A stretch of 55,272 nt of DNA, filler included, from Blastocystis sp. subtype 4 (Eukaryota), in assembly GCF_000743755.1 (NCBI RefSeq). It is 2 parts of 2 records of this genome, joined end to end, with 100 filler letters (N's around TTAATTAATTAA, not from the genome) between each part and the next. Parts side by side here need not be neighbours in the genome. Positions count along the whole stretch, not along the records: positions 1 to 27,577 come from NW_014569407.1; positions 27,678 to 55,272 come from NW_014569406.1. One strand, 5' to 3'. The notes below the pieces were generated by a model. It made no database searches. It had not been told where the DNA came from and was given only the letters and a program-made list of their open reading frames with translations. Positions 25,401 to 38,315 of this stretch are shown here, piece by piece (within the stretch, counting starts at the first letter, position 1; the number at the start of each line of letters is the position of its first letter). Both the position numbers and the translations under genes were made by a program.

Positions 25401-26757
25401 TTTACGATGTATCTGCGGTTATGCTTATAAGCTTCACTTGTTCTATTTATTGCGTATCATTGATGATTGATTTCTATTTAGAATCACATCGACTCACCTC
25501 CACTCTATCACCCAAACTATTATCTCTCATACCTCTTGCTTTTGAGCGCATTAAAGAGGGATGTTTGGTACGTTTGTATCCTGGAATTGAAGAAGATATT
25601 GGAGCTGATATGAACGGAGATTGGAAAATTCTTGAGAGAATCTGTTTAGATTTGCTTCTTGAGAACAATGCAATTAGTATTGAAGAACTGATTAGTGGAA
25701 TAGAAGTACAACTATCATATGATATGAAGTGTAGAATCAATTGACCCAATCATCTCATAAAGTCGTGGATCATTTAGGTACATGGTTAGGCTTATTATTA
25801 AGGTATTGTGATCGGAATAATCCAGTTGTCTTAGCATTCGAGACATGGTTGAATTCCTATATGAAGAAGTCGAATACACCTCAATCAGCTCTTCCAATCC
25901 TGCTACCGTGTTCATGTACTCTTTGTATTCGAACAGCGAATCCATTTGAGAGGCTCATATTGATAAGCGAATCAATTCAGAATGTCATCAATCATTCACC
26001 AACACAGGATACTTCACCTGTCATCATTACCCAAGGTAGAATTGAATGGATTGATTTCAGTACAGAGACTGCTACTGTAGCTGTAACGGTCTTGATGAAC
26101 GCTCTCTCATTGGTTCTCGATCCTCTCTCTCATATCCTTGTTACTTCCAAATTGTACATTGTCAAAAATGCGGCTGAACAGGATCGTTTGAGTCAGTTGT
26201 TACCAGCCTATTACGAGCAGTGGCGAAGGAAAGCAATAAAAATATGTGGTTCTTTGATACAAGTAGCTTCTGTACTGAGTCCTTTGGTAGAATGCCAGTT
26301 GGAAGTAACAGCGGCTGAATCTGTATTGGAAGTATTAAAAAGCTTTTATGGCTTGGTTGATTTGAGTGTGAAACAACTTGCTATAGCCGATGCAGATTGT
26401 CCAATCCAATCACTGTCGCAACTAGTTGAAAGAGTGTCCTATCACCTTACACCGAACATCTATTCTATGATTCATGGGCTGCAAAAAGCAGAAAAGAAAG
26501 ATTCTCATATGAAGAAGCAGGCCAAACTAATTCCAGATTTAATTTACTCTATTGAGCAATTTGAAGCAACGTTAGTACAAATCAGCAAGAAAACGAAAGG
26601 TAATGTGAATCTCACTATGTATGTTCGTCGCTCAACAGCTCGTGACTTTCGAATTGATACTAATGTTCTGAGCAGAAAAATCGAAGCAAAGGAAAATGAC
26701 GAAATCGAAAGTGATACGAAGCGTCGAAAAGTTGATGAAACGGTTAATAGTATGTAA
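22471..26757 (+). CDS. FANCI: Fanconi anemia group I protein (multi-exon)
   Basis: C-terminal KLIPDLIYSIEQFEATLVQISKKTK..RRSTARDFRI is the FANCI signature; also LIILLKK, and FQLDKSSSF. Confidence 0.85.
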
Positions 26758-27090
26758 GCGTACGTTGTTGTTTGTTTTTAGGAATAAACACTTAATCCTA
26801 ATCAGTGTTTATTTCCAGAACTATATGAAGAAAAGGATTGTAACTTCATTATAGTTTCGAAACCTCTCTAATAAATGCTAGGATTAGCAATGTCAATCAC
26901 ATGGGAAATATCGATAAAAGACTCGGAACAAAAAGAGAAACCCTATATAGACAAAGAAAAGGGTGAAAAGAGCGATAGAAACAAAGTTCCGATAAAAGAA
27001 TTTCGAAAACACAATTATTCGGCAGAAATAGTGGTGACATGATTCTAACCGTTTTCTTCAATTCACCACATATTCCATCAAGTTTTTCTT

Positions 27091-27577
27091 ATGAATAAGA
27101 TAGTTGTGGTTTTAGTTGTTTGTAACTTGTTTTGGTTTGTTCTTATATGTAGTACTAGCTCTAACTAGGGCTGTTGACTGTGCGGTGGATCAACACCATG
27201 TTTACATTACCAAGACATCAAAAACATATTCTGATGAAGAGGAAGTGCATATTTTAGGTGTTGGGGTGACTACCCTTATGTTCCGAAACTTCCGACCTAA
27301 CCAAGTTCAAGTTCTAGATGGATGTATTGGAAAGACTTTGAATGACCAATACACGCTTTCTTTACGTGATTATGGTTATGATTCTTGGGATGAAGGTTCC
27401 ATGGTTGATGTCAGAAATGACTATGGAGTTAGTGTGTTTAACGGAAGAATGACTGATACAAGAATGGAGTCAATACCCCTTTCTCTTTATGCTCCAATTA
27501 CTCCCTTGACTGCATGGCAGTTTTCTCTGAACGCACCTCAAGCTGATTGGACTGAAGTGTCTGCCATTGTAGATGGA
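27091..27577 (+). CDS. Secreted/surface protein family member, 5' part (copy B; truncated by gap)
   Basis: ATG 27091 MNKIVVVLVVLLALTRAVDC after a 31-nt intron (27122-27152) at the same position as in copy A. Confidence 0.8.
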
Positions 27578-27677
27578 NNNNNNNNNNNNNNNNNNNNNNN
27601 NNNNNNNNNNNNNNNNNNNNNTTAATTAATTAANNNNNNNNNNNNNNNNNNNNNNNNNNNNNNNNNNNNNNNNNNNN
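27578..27677. other. Artificial contig linker/gap (N44-TTAATTAATTAA-N44)
   Basis: Symmetric N runs around a six-frame-stop 12-mer, 100 nt in total. Confidence 0.97.
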
Positions 27678-30600
27678 GGCTGTGTATGATCACAACACAT
27701 CTGTCTTGTAGGAATGAATACACCATATGAGTGATAGCATTGGCAATGATAGTAAGAACCTTCCTTCACTTATGAACATCATGATGGAACTGAGGAAGTG
27801 TTGCAACCATCCCTTCCTCATTCGTGGTGCTGAACAGTCGATCGTTGCTGAAACTCGTGAAAAGAAGCCTGAGTTGAAGAATGATGATCTTGTTCTTCAG
27901 AGCATGTTGGACTCGAGTGGTAAGATGGTGTTATTGGATAAGCTGTTACCCAAGCTGCGTTCACAAGGTCACAAGGTGTTGGTATTCTCTCAAATGGTTC
28001 GAATGCTGGACATTATTCAAGACTATCTCACACTCAAAGGATATTCATTTGAACGGATTGATGGAGGAGTGAAGATCAATGAGAGACAGGCTGCAATCGA
28101 TCGATTCTCAGCTCCTGGTAGTGATCGATTCATATTCCTTATCTGTACACGAGCAGGAGGCTTTGGTATCAATCTGACAGCAGCTGATACAGTGATTATT
28201 TATGACTCTGACTGGAATCCTCAGAATGACATTCAAGCTCAGGCAAGATGTCACCGTATTGGTCAGGACAAGGCAGTGAAAGTGTATAGATTGATCACAA
28301 ATCGAACATATGAAATGGAGATGTTCCAGAGAGCTAATTTGAAGTTGGGATTGGATAAAGCCGTTCTAAATCCTTTGAAACAGAATATCACGAGTGACGG
28401 TCGTCATGATGTACAAGTGAGTGAATAGAGAATGAATGATGAATAGAGAATGAACAAGAAGGAAGCTGAGACACTTCTGAAGTATGGAGCTTATGATTTC
28501 TTCAAAGAAGAACGAGAAGGACGATCAGAAGAGCTGAGCAATGCTTTCTGTGAAGCTGATATCGATCAAATTCTTGAGAAGAACGCAAAGGTAATCACAA
28601 TCGATTCACAAGGAGGTTCATCCTTCTCGAAGGCCTCATTTGTGACGGATCACTCCACAGAGGTAGATGTGAATGATCCTTATTTCTGGACCAAAGTAGT
28701 AGGTCTGAAGGAACCACAAGAGGATCTAACGCCTCGAACACGTCAGTCGCGATATAGTGTTGGAAAGGAAGATGGAGCAGGATTGGAAATAGAAGGAGTT
28801 ACAATGGTGGATGAAATTGATTGGACTAAAGCTGATCGTGACTTACTTCTTCGCTTACTTTTGGCATTTGGTTGGGGTCAGTGGGATTCGATCTGTGGGC
28901 ATCCGAGAATGTCTAAGCATCCTCGTTCTTCGATCCAAATTATGGCGATATCACTAATTGGCCAACTAGCCCGTGCTCAGCGAATGATTGCTGACAACAG
29001 TCGAGAACTTAAGAATGGAGCTGGGAATCGAGGTGTGAAAACCAGCCAACAAGCTCGAGATGCTGTTGAAGCTCTTCACGAACAGTACGATGTTTGTGCA
29101 GCTGTATTTGAAAGTGCACGTAGATCCGAAGCAGGAGATACGGAAGCTGTTGGATTCCCTCATAGTTTGCCTTTGTTAGTTCGAGATCCAATCTGGTGGC
29201 ATCGTGAAGTGAAAGCATGTGATCGTCATCTTAAGCAATTGTCGTTTATGCAACGTCTTCAGCAGGTTTCTATAGCAGCTCATGTATCCTTAGGAGGCGT
29301 AGTTGCCTTACCTGTACCTCGTCGAGCTGCATTACCAGCACCTTGGTGGACGATGCAAGAGGATTATGATGCTTTGTTGGGTGTATTGAGACATGGATGG
29401 GGAAACTGGAAGGGTGTGTGTAATGATCCTGAGCTTGTTTTTGCTAAGAATGGAGTAGTATGGGCTGGAATTACAGGAGATGGTCCTGAACCTGTAGAGA
29501 CTAATGAAGAAACGCCTGAGACAACAATGGCAACTGAACAATTAACACCTGAAACACCATCTGAAGCAACGCCTGTAGTATCACACCCAGGAATAGATCC
29601 AGATACGAAGTTATTCCCTTCAGCTTCCTTGCTGATGAAACGTCTGCGTCGTTTGGTATCTGCGATGGAACAGATGCCTGCTGTGGGTCTGAGTGGAGGT
29701 GATGCTGTTCTGCTAACTCCCAAGAAGAAGGAGCGTGGAAAGGGAAATGTGGTTGGTGATTGGTCACAGAATGAGATGAGATCATTGCGCTCGGCTATCC
29801 TTCGTTGGGGCTTGCCATTACCTCCAACATCTTTTACGGAGAATCACGACAAGGATTCGAACCAGGAATGTGTAATGTTCAACGTTGAATCGCTTCCATT
29901 GACACAAGAACAGCGGGAACGAGAGGAGTGTTTGGCTGCTGCTTCAACAGTCTTGTCTATGGTCCTTCAGGAAGTATCTATGAAATTAGGAGAGACAGAG
30001 CTTATGGAACTTCCCCAGCTTCCAGAAGAGACTCGTCTTCTGCGAGAGGATGTGATTAGTCGATGTCGCTTCAATCACTATCCCTGTAGCAGAGTTGGGA
30101 CTTCCTGTGATTTAGGTTTGTATGGGAATCCTTTGGGTCCCTTTGAATTCTTGCGTGTCCAAGCGAAACTAAAGACGAAGACTGCAGATATGGTTCAGAA
30201 TATGTGTCGTCGTATGGAAACTCGTTGTGTTGAGCGTTTTCAACAGTTACGTGAAATCCATCAGGATGGAGACGATCCAAAGAAGGAGAAGGAAGACGTG
30301 AATGATATTATCCCGTCAAATACTGTTGCTCAGCGAATCTATCGTCGTTTGCAGCTGTATTACGATCTTCAGCAGTATGTGTGGTCCAAAGACGAACGGA
30401 CACAACGTGCTGTGATTATGAAATGGCAAGCTGATGGACCTCGTCGTCAGGATCATCTGAGTGAGGGTTGGACTCCTTTAGTGCATGATATGGCGTTATT
30501 ACGAGGGATAAGGAAATGGGGATTTGTGGAATGGGACTTGTTGTGGTCAGATCCAGATATGCCATTTGGAAAACCAGAGAATGATAGGAAGAAGGAAGAG

Positions 30601-31973
30601 CCAACAACTCCAGAGGGAATTGCTCAAGCTGAGGCAGCTGCAGCAGAAGCAGTGGCGATGGCCAATGCAATGTTGAGTGCCAAAACTATGGATAAGTCTC
30701 TGATTGTAAGGTCTCATAATTGTCTTAAGAATAGGTGCCTGGTTTGAGTGCAGCCTTAGCGATTCGTCGACTACAGTCATTATTGGAGATGTTCCGTGAT
30801 TATGATTCTTGCTTGCATGAATATTGTTTCAGTGGGACTACAGTAACAGAGAAGCCTGTATTGAAGAAGGGACGAGTATTGGTAGATACCAGAGTACGAC
30901 GAATTGCTGTGTTGTTTGACGATGAATGGAGAGTACTCCCTCAACGTGTGAATGTGACAGAATCGTTACATTGGAAGATGGTTCGTCTACCTCCTCGTCT
31001 ACCTGTGGGTGGTATTCGTAGTGAGGCGTTTAGAGGAGATCCTTCTCGTGCTCAGATTAGTTCAAGTTCAATTAAATTCTATGAAGAATGGATGGATAGT
31101 GAGAAGGAGGTGGCAGCAAGTGGTGAGAAGCCAAATCATCTTTCTATGGAGATGCGACAACGCATTCATTCTCGTGCTCATGCTTTGTTAGAGAGTATGG
31201 CTCTACCAATGCGAGTGCGAAGTGTTACAGTCTATTCGTTTGGCAGTATTCCAACAAATTGGAACACGTATCATAGCGAGAAGTATATTTGGCCGATTGG
31301 ATTCAAGTGAGTATGAGTCTGTGAAGTGATGTGCAGATCCACCAAAGTCTACTTTTCCTATAAGCAACCGTCCAGACATGTTGAATATACCAGTGAGATC
31401 CTCAGTAATGGCCCTCGAGGTCCATTGTTCTCAGTGACAGCTCATGATGATCCTAACAATCCAATGCAAGGACCTACAGCTACTGCATGCTGGTCTATGA
31501 TTCTCAGTAAAGTGCGAAAGGAACGGAATCGATTAGGTCTTGGGAAGACAGGAACAGCTGTAAGTGGGCCTGAGTTTTTTGGTTATGCAATGCCCGAAAT
31601 AGCTGCTTGTATTGAGGGATTGGATGGTGCAGAAACATGCAAGAATTATGTATGTCGCTGCTTACGAATGGATTCAATTCGGAAAGGAAAGTCACGAATA
31701 CGTCGTCCTATGAGTGAACCCTTCGTTATTGACGCAGAACAAGAAGTAGAGGAACGTCCTTCGAAACGTCGTGCTGCCCAAGCAGCATCTCAGCGTTGGA
31801 AGATGATGGAAGAAGACGAGTCAAGTGCTGAATTTAGTGGTGAAGAGGACGAGTCATCAGATGCAGATTTGGATAGTGAAGAGGATCTAAGAACTCTGAG
31901 ACGCAGTAGGAAACGAATGGAGGAGACCACTGAGGATATCACAAAGAAGATCAAAACAGAGCAGTTGATTTGA
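27678..31973 (+). CDS. CHD-family SNF2 chromatin remodeller, 3' part (helicase C, SANT/SLIDE-like, FYRN/FYRC)
   Basis: [55 protein letters not shown] motifs [12 protein letters not shown] and VSGPEFFG. Confidence 0.9.
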
Positions 31974-31991
31974 AAGTGGGTTGTTTTCTTC

Positions 31992-31999
31992 AACAAACA
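31992..31999 (-). promoter_or_regulatory. TGTTTGTT polyadenylation element (MEA1-like)
   Basis: 4 nt after in-frame T32004. Confidence 0.8.
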
Positions 32000-32003
32000 T
32001 ACG

Positions 32004-32889
32004 AATTCTTTTCCAAGTCTTCCGTAACTTTCCGAACCATTTCTTTGACTTCTTGATCCGTTAGATCTATGTAATATAAAAAGGATTGAACCTACTTTTT
32101 GCCCAAGCAGGAACGTGTTCCATATGAATGGATTCCATTGTTTCCCGAATGACCTTATTCTTTTCTACCTGTCACATAACATCATGTTACTCTACCTGTA
32201 TCTTCGGGAGTATTTGTTTTTTGTTCTTCTGCAGTTTTCATTACAGCTTGAGGGAATGGTTTCTTCTCTCTCTGTTTGTACACAGTCTTTCGTCCTTTGA
32301 TATGTTTTTCTGGAGGAAGGAAGGTACTAAGGATCTGTTCTCGTGTCCATTGCTTCTTTTTTGGTTCATCCTTCTTTTTCTGTCCACTCTTCTTCTTTTT
32401 CTTCTTTTCTGGTGACTTGTCATCCCCAACGACATCTACAGGTTTTGGAAGCAAATCATTTGGAAGCTTTGTCATTTCCTCTAAAAGTCAGTTGCCATAA
32501 GTTCCACTACCGTCAATTTCCGCCGCAGACCCATTTACAACAGCCAAATACTGTTGTTCCAGAATAGCTAATTGCCGATCTACAGATAATGGTGTGGATA
32601 GAATTTCATACCAGCAACCTCCTCGTAATTCTCCGGATACAAAAGGGTTCTAGTATCTTCATCAGGATCCTCATCTGGTAGTGTCATATACCCGCTATTT
32701 ATGTATTCCTCATGTTCTGAATCCACTCCATCTTCTGGTTCCTCCGCAACAGCAACATATCCTTCAGGACAATAGATGTTGGCACTTTCATTACTTTCCT
32801 CCATAGCAATGGGTTCTGGAACAGGAGTTTCATTGACTTCTACACCACCAGTGAGATTTGCCTTCTCTTAAACTTTTCCTACCTTCCAT
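32004..32889 (-). CDS. Male-enhanced antigen 1 (MEA1)-like acidic protein
   Basis: Spliced C-terminus IRETMESIHMEHVPAWAKNLTDQEVKEMV resembles the MEA1 'VPAWA' motif; ends AAT-T|CGTA-TGTTTGTT. Confidence 0.6.
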
Positions 32890-33061
32890 GTCTGAGAGTG
32901 ATTAAACAGATAGATTTATTGAAATCAATGGTATGTAGTCTATTTTCTTGTTGCGAGAGTTGAGTCATTCGGAGCCCAATAAAGTGTCATCCCCAAATGG
33001 CGAAAGATCTTTCCAATCTCTAACAAACATGTAGATAGGTAGATTACTCTACAGATGTGTA

Positions 33062-35074
33062 TTAGTCATCCATAACAGTAAGCCTAGCAAACGAAGAAGA
33101 AGTACATACTTCATCCGATAACAAGACAACACAATTCAAACGAGACCCCTGGTCAGATAGACATGACCGTAACAAATCAGAGACGCAAAATCCTAATGCA
33201 ACATAAGCAGAGGCCTTAGGAGACCATATGAATGAAGTCACAAAGCCAATTATCTGATTCTAACCATTACTCTCCGCTTGAATGCTTACTGCCTCGGGAT
33301 ACACATAGAACCTGGATTGATCAAGAATGAGATCTTCCTTTGTAGGCTTACGAATAGCGCAAGGAAGACTGATTGAACCATGACCAGTTATCTTCACATT
33401 AACAGGAATAAGAGAACAGTATAAAGAACGTGTATCATTCAATAAAGAAGGCTTTGGTAAGAGAGAACGAATAATGGATCCGTCGCGTTCAACAGGTAAC
33501 AGCGGACGAGAAATATTCAGAATCACTTCCGAATATACAGCAACTAGAGCATCACGTGCCTTAAAGAGTCGTGACGCAAGCAATGATGGTGGTTTCAAAA
33601 AAGGAGAACTGTAGTGTTGGAGAACAAATGTCATTCCAGATGGTGTTTCAGGGTAGTCATACGGAAAGAGAGGCTGCCCGAAGCATGTATGCAATGCATG
33701 CCACTCCAACTGAGCCAACTACAATGGATTTCAAGAAGAAGACCTTACCACAATCACATGGAAATCGCACATGACTCGCCACATTGAGTCGAGAACAGAT
33801 CGAGGTAACAGAATGTCAAATCCGTTCATACTCCGACCAAGACGAGACCCATAACGACGAATGACAATGGTATTCGCACCGTTACCAATATCTTTCTTCA
33901 AGTCAGTAATTGGAGTTAAGGAAGAAAAGGTTGTCACCTTCCGTACTGAGGGGAGGGCCATATGTGTCTTAGAAGAAGGCTCATTAACTGTTTCAAACAC
34001 AGCATTCTCAGGAGGGTAATAAACCTGAGTTGGGACTGGAAGCTGAAGATCACCATTGACTGAAGAGTATTCAGGAGCATAATAGGGAGCAGTCGAAATA
34101 GACACAAAATATGGAATGGTTACATATTGGTAGTTTTTCATTGTCGACTCTTCAATCCCTATTCTAGGATACAGTTTCTTGAATAACTCTAATGAACGGT
34201 TCCCACGAATAGAGAGATAACAAATATCAGTCACATAGGATACGGTAGCTCTAATAATCATGGGTTTATTTGGCACTCACAAATTTACAGCTAACTTCTG
34301 CAAAACAGAAAACACCGAATCTGAAATCGATGGATGGCATAAAAGCCACACAGTAAGCATAGTTGCAGAATCGGAACTGAGTGAGTGAACCGACTGATGT
34401 TGCTCGATTAATAATTGAACTGGTCCAATGCAATAGACAGACTCTTCAATAGATGAATATATAAAAATAGTATTCAGTCGATCACTTGGGACACTCCCAA
34501 GATCATAGGCACTCTTCCTCAGACTCTAGATGTAAAAACTAGATAAAATAGATACTGCTTGTCCGAGAATCTCACATACATTATCAAGACAACCATAAAC
34601 AGAAATAATCTCATAATAGGACGAATCATGAACTGTAGCACATCTAGATACAGACTAGAGATATAAGTCAATCGATAAGATAACCTTTAAGCAACTACTA
34701 ACCTCATGTTGATTATCGACATAGGGGAGATACCAACCCCACATCCGGCGCATCTTCATTCTCTTTGCATTCCATGCATGAAGTGGGAGAAGACGAGTAT
34801 TTGGATCAGTAGAAGGGGAATACTGTTTCTACATATCATAGACCACTTCGATATATACCTTTTTGTTTCCATAATAAGAAGGCTGCTTAAGATTAGATGT
34901 TGCCCGCCGACGTAAATCTCTCTGCACCAGAGGAGTTTCCAAAACTGGATAGTGGAGGTATACGTCTTGCGTGCGACTCTACAGATAAGTGATACAAGAG
35001 GCTCTTACGCTAACATATTCATCAACATAAAGAACTCCATCTTCTCGATTATCAAGATCGCGATTCCGGAGCAT
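33062..35074 (-). CDS. POP1: RNase P/MRP protein subunit POP1
   Basis: LRRRATSN, HAWNAKRMKMRRMWGW, HDSSYY, FDILLP..W, FPYDYPET and IIGFVT motifs. Confidence 0.85.
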
Positions 35075-35336
35075 CGTTTACAGGAACAGAAAACTAAAAA
35101 GTAACCAATCGCGGTTAATAATCACCAATTAATCAATTGTACAGTGGTAATACTATGATTGATTATTATAAACTGGAATTATGGTGGCTATTTTAAATCT
35201 GCATAAAATGGCATTATTACTTATGAGTTGTATTTGCGTCTCATAGATTTGTTAAGAAGTTAGATCTTCAAGACTCATTTGAGTATCCCTGCTTTCTTCA
35301 CGTTAGTCACAACAAAGAAGCAAAATGAAAAGCAAA

Positions 35337-35822
35337 CTACCACAGTAAATCATCTCCAAACTCTTTGTCCCAGTCATCTTTCTTTGGTTCAGGTACACTA
35401 AATCTAGCCTTTCGCTTCTTTTCCTCTTCCCTCAACTTCTGACGAGCATCATTCAACCGATTCTTTCCCTTTTCCTTTAGATCAGAAAGCTTTATTTTGT
35501 TTCCTTCCTGTTGAACAGCTTTGGAGGCACACGCCTCTTCAATTGTTTGTCCAATGACTTTCGTAATAGACTACACTTTACTAGTTTAAGTACGTCCAAT
35601 ACTCTCCGTAACTGCATCTCTTGTCGTACTTCTTCATGCTTGGCAGCAATGTATTTCTCTATGTGTTAAAACGGATTCCCAATATCCTTACTTCCCTTCT
35701 TCATATTCACAACCTTCTTTCGAGTTGTTTCCTTTTTCTCCTTTCTCAGCCTTTCTTTCGATCCATCCTTTTGTGAACCCTAAGTATAACTCAATTCTAT
35801 CATAATAACTCACTTGTACCAT
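35337..35822 (-). CDS. UPF0390 / Leydig cell tumor 10 kDa-like small basic protein
   Basis: Spliced MVQGSQK..KKG..YIAAK..ITKVIGQTIEEACASKA; stop TAG at 35337. Confidence 0.55.
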
Positions 35823-35913
35823 TGCAAGAAGAGAAATCTACGAAAAGTGTTTTCATCATCTTCTATCCCTGGTATCAGCTGATTCTCTTCCTTACGTGAG
35901 ATCTTACAAAGGT

Positions 35914-38287
35914 ATGTTTCTTTCACAAGGAGAAGCGAAAGGAGGAATATACCAAGGAAGTGAATTTGGTATCGGAAGGAACGAAGAGAGGATGCTAAGT
36001 CATCCCGAAGGTTCAATCGCATCAATGACAAGGCAGAAGAATCGAGGTAACGGATATTTTTCCTTTTTTTATCTCTTAGATGTGTGGAGTTCATTATGTT
36101 CACAGTTACTGGATCCTGATCAACGGATTGTGATATCTGCTTTACATACTATATCAAAGCGAATTAACAGTACAGAATAGTTCTACAATATGATATCTAG
36201 AGTACTGTGAAGTGAAACCATTAAAGATCTGTACTTTGGATACCATCATGCAGTCTCTTTTGTTATGTTGTCTTCGGCATCGCACTAATGAGACAATTCT
36301 CAAAGAAGTGTTTCATCTTGTCAATATTCTCATTAGTCATGGTATAGATTCGTATAGTATCTTATATCAAGCTTTCTCAGACTCTGTTCTGCGCTTTCTC
36401 TCCTCGGTACTTCATGCCTCAATCCCACCATCTTGTTTTCAGAGTCTTTGTGCAATTATCCATCATTGTCTTTTACGATCCAGTGTGTATTTGAATTGAT
36501 CTCATTATAGTTAGAAGCTCCATTGAGTTACTTTTCTTCTCTTCTCTATTCATTAGCATCTTATTCGTCTCTTGATTGTCAGTATTCGATTTGTTCATTA
36601 TTGTCACTCTCACTTGACTATTCTTCGTGGTATATCCCACTCATTGAAAGTGGTTTGTACATCCAACTTCATCAGTGTGTAAATTCGCTTGCTCTATCGC
36701 TCCAGAACTCTGTAATGAATACTTTACGGGGATGTGGTGAGATTGGATTGAAGCAGCAACTCAACGCATCAGGTATGACACCAACTCTTTGTCAGTTATT
36801 CATTCATCAGTTATCTACAACAGAATCACCAATCGAATATGATATTTATTGTGTCTATCGATTTGTTCAGGATCATCAAATTGATTCCTCTTCCATGTGG
36901 TTGATGCTTGAGAATGTATCTCAAAGACTGAACCATTGGTCAGTTTTCGCTCAGCTGTTTCATTTCGTCATCATTCATTCTCCTCCTTCATCAATGTCCA
37001 CTCTTGCTTATCTAATTGAGACAATCAAACGACGAAAAGGATTTCTTGAAGCTAAAACTGTTTCGTATCTGCTCTCTCACTGTATATGCACCCTTGGGAA
37101 TTCACATGTAGCCTCAGTCTTTCACTTCACCCATTCTACAATTTCTAGTTTATCGTTCATTCAACTCAATCCATTAGATATGGCAGAAGTGGTTGCAGAG
37201 TCTCCTTCACAAGGAGCTCTTTGTGACGAGATACCGTATCAATGGTTACTGAACGTTCTGGATCGAAATGAATCTGAAGGGATTCTGACCGAAAACCTGA
37301 AATGTCAAATTCGGAATGTTTTACGTCAATTCATGCAGAGTACCCAACTTGCAGATCTGTCTTCCTTGCTTGACTGGCTGAAGGAAGAACCAGCAGTAGC
37401 TCCTTTGTGTCTGCGATGGCTACCATCACTCCCATCACTCTTGGTATCACAGTGGGATCAAGTGGATGCTCGAAGATTACTGGAGGCATTGGCTCGAGTC
37501 TGTAAGATTTAGAGAAGATGGTGATGTGTAGGTCCTGTGAGCGTGAGTCTGCAATTGACACAGAGCCAGAGTGGATTCCATTGTCTCCAAAGGGAAGAGG
37601 GGAAACAGCTTCGAAACATCTTGAGTCTCAAGTATCGATTGGAGTCGAAACATTTGTCGTTGCTCCTCTTGAAGCAACTTTATCATCATCTCATTCAGAA
37701 CTGTTCACAAACGTATACTCTGTTAGCAACTCTGCAGCTTCTCCAGCATCTCACACGAGTGGCATCAGTTCCATACACTCCCACAACAGAAGCATTGTGC
37801 TCGTATGTGTTAACACTGCTTCAGAAGGAGACAGAGCTGCTGCGATCATGTGTTGATACGGCCACAGATATCCTAAAGGATCTAATTCATTTGATTACCT
37901 GTCTCTGTCAGAATCGTAGGGATCAGAATGGTTGATGAGATAGAATGGGTTTGTGAATGGATACTTCAGAAACATGTTTTGACTCAACTTATGTTGATCA
38001 TGTGGATTGGAGAACCATCGCTTCAAGTAAGGATCAGTAATCTATTAGTGATTGTAACCTTAACCTGTTCTCGGCTTGCGTTATGGATGGATTGTGGCTC
38101 CTTGTCTTTACTCAAGTTTATGCTGCAGAAAGAGGATCCTCGAATATTGAAGTATGCTGTTCTGACACTCTCAGTGTGTTTACGACGATGGCCAACTCAA
38201 GAAACATTGTTTCGAAAAGTACTTCAGAATACGAGGATTCGGAAAGTGTGCGATTGTATTGATTATTATGACCCTCTTATACAATGA
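35914..38287 (+). CDS. Hypothetical helical-repeat (ARM/HEAT-like) protein, multi-exon; start uncertain
   Basis: Chain of Leu-rich helical ORFs separated by ~30-nt GT-AG introns. Confidence 0.5.
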
Positions 38288-38315
38288 TCAGTGAATAATT
38301 TGTTAAACAAACAAT

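Noticed and set aside
1..27577. Terminal inverted repeats as the ends of a Polinton/Maverick or DNA transposon
   Set aside because: The repeats are intron-containing protein-coding paralogs, and the interval holds housekeeping genes with no transposase, integrase or polB
27578..27677. Palindromic TTAATTAATTAA within the N run as a biological element
   Set aside because: Symmetric 100-nt assembly linker with stops in all six frames; synteny across it is not meaningful
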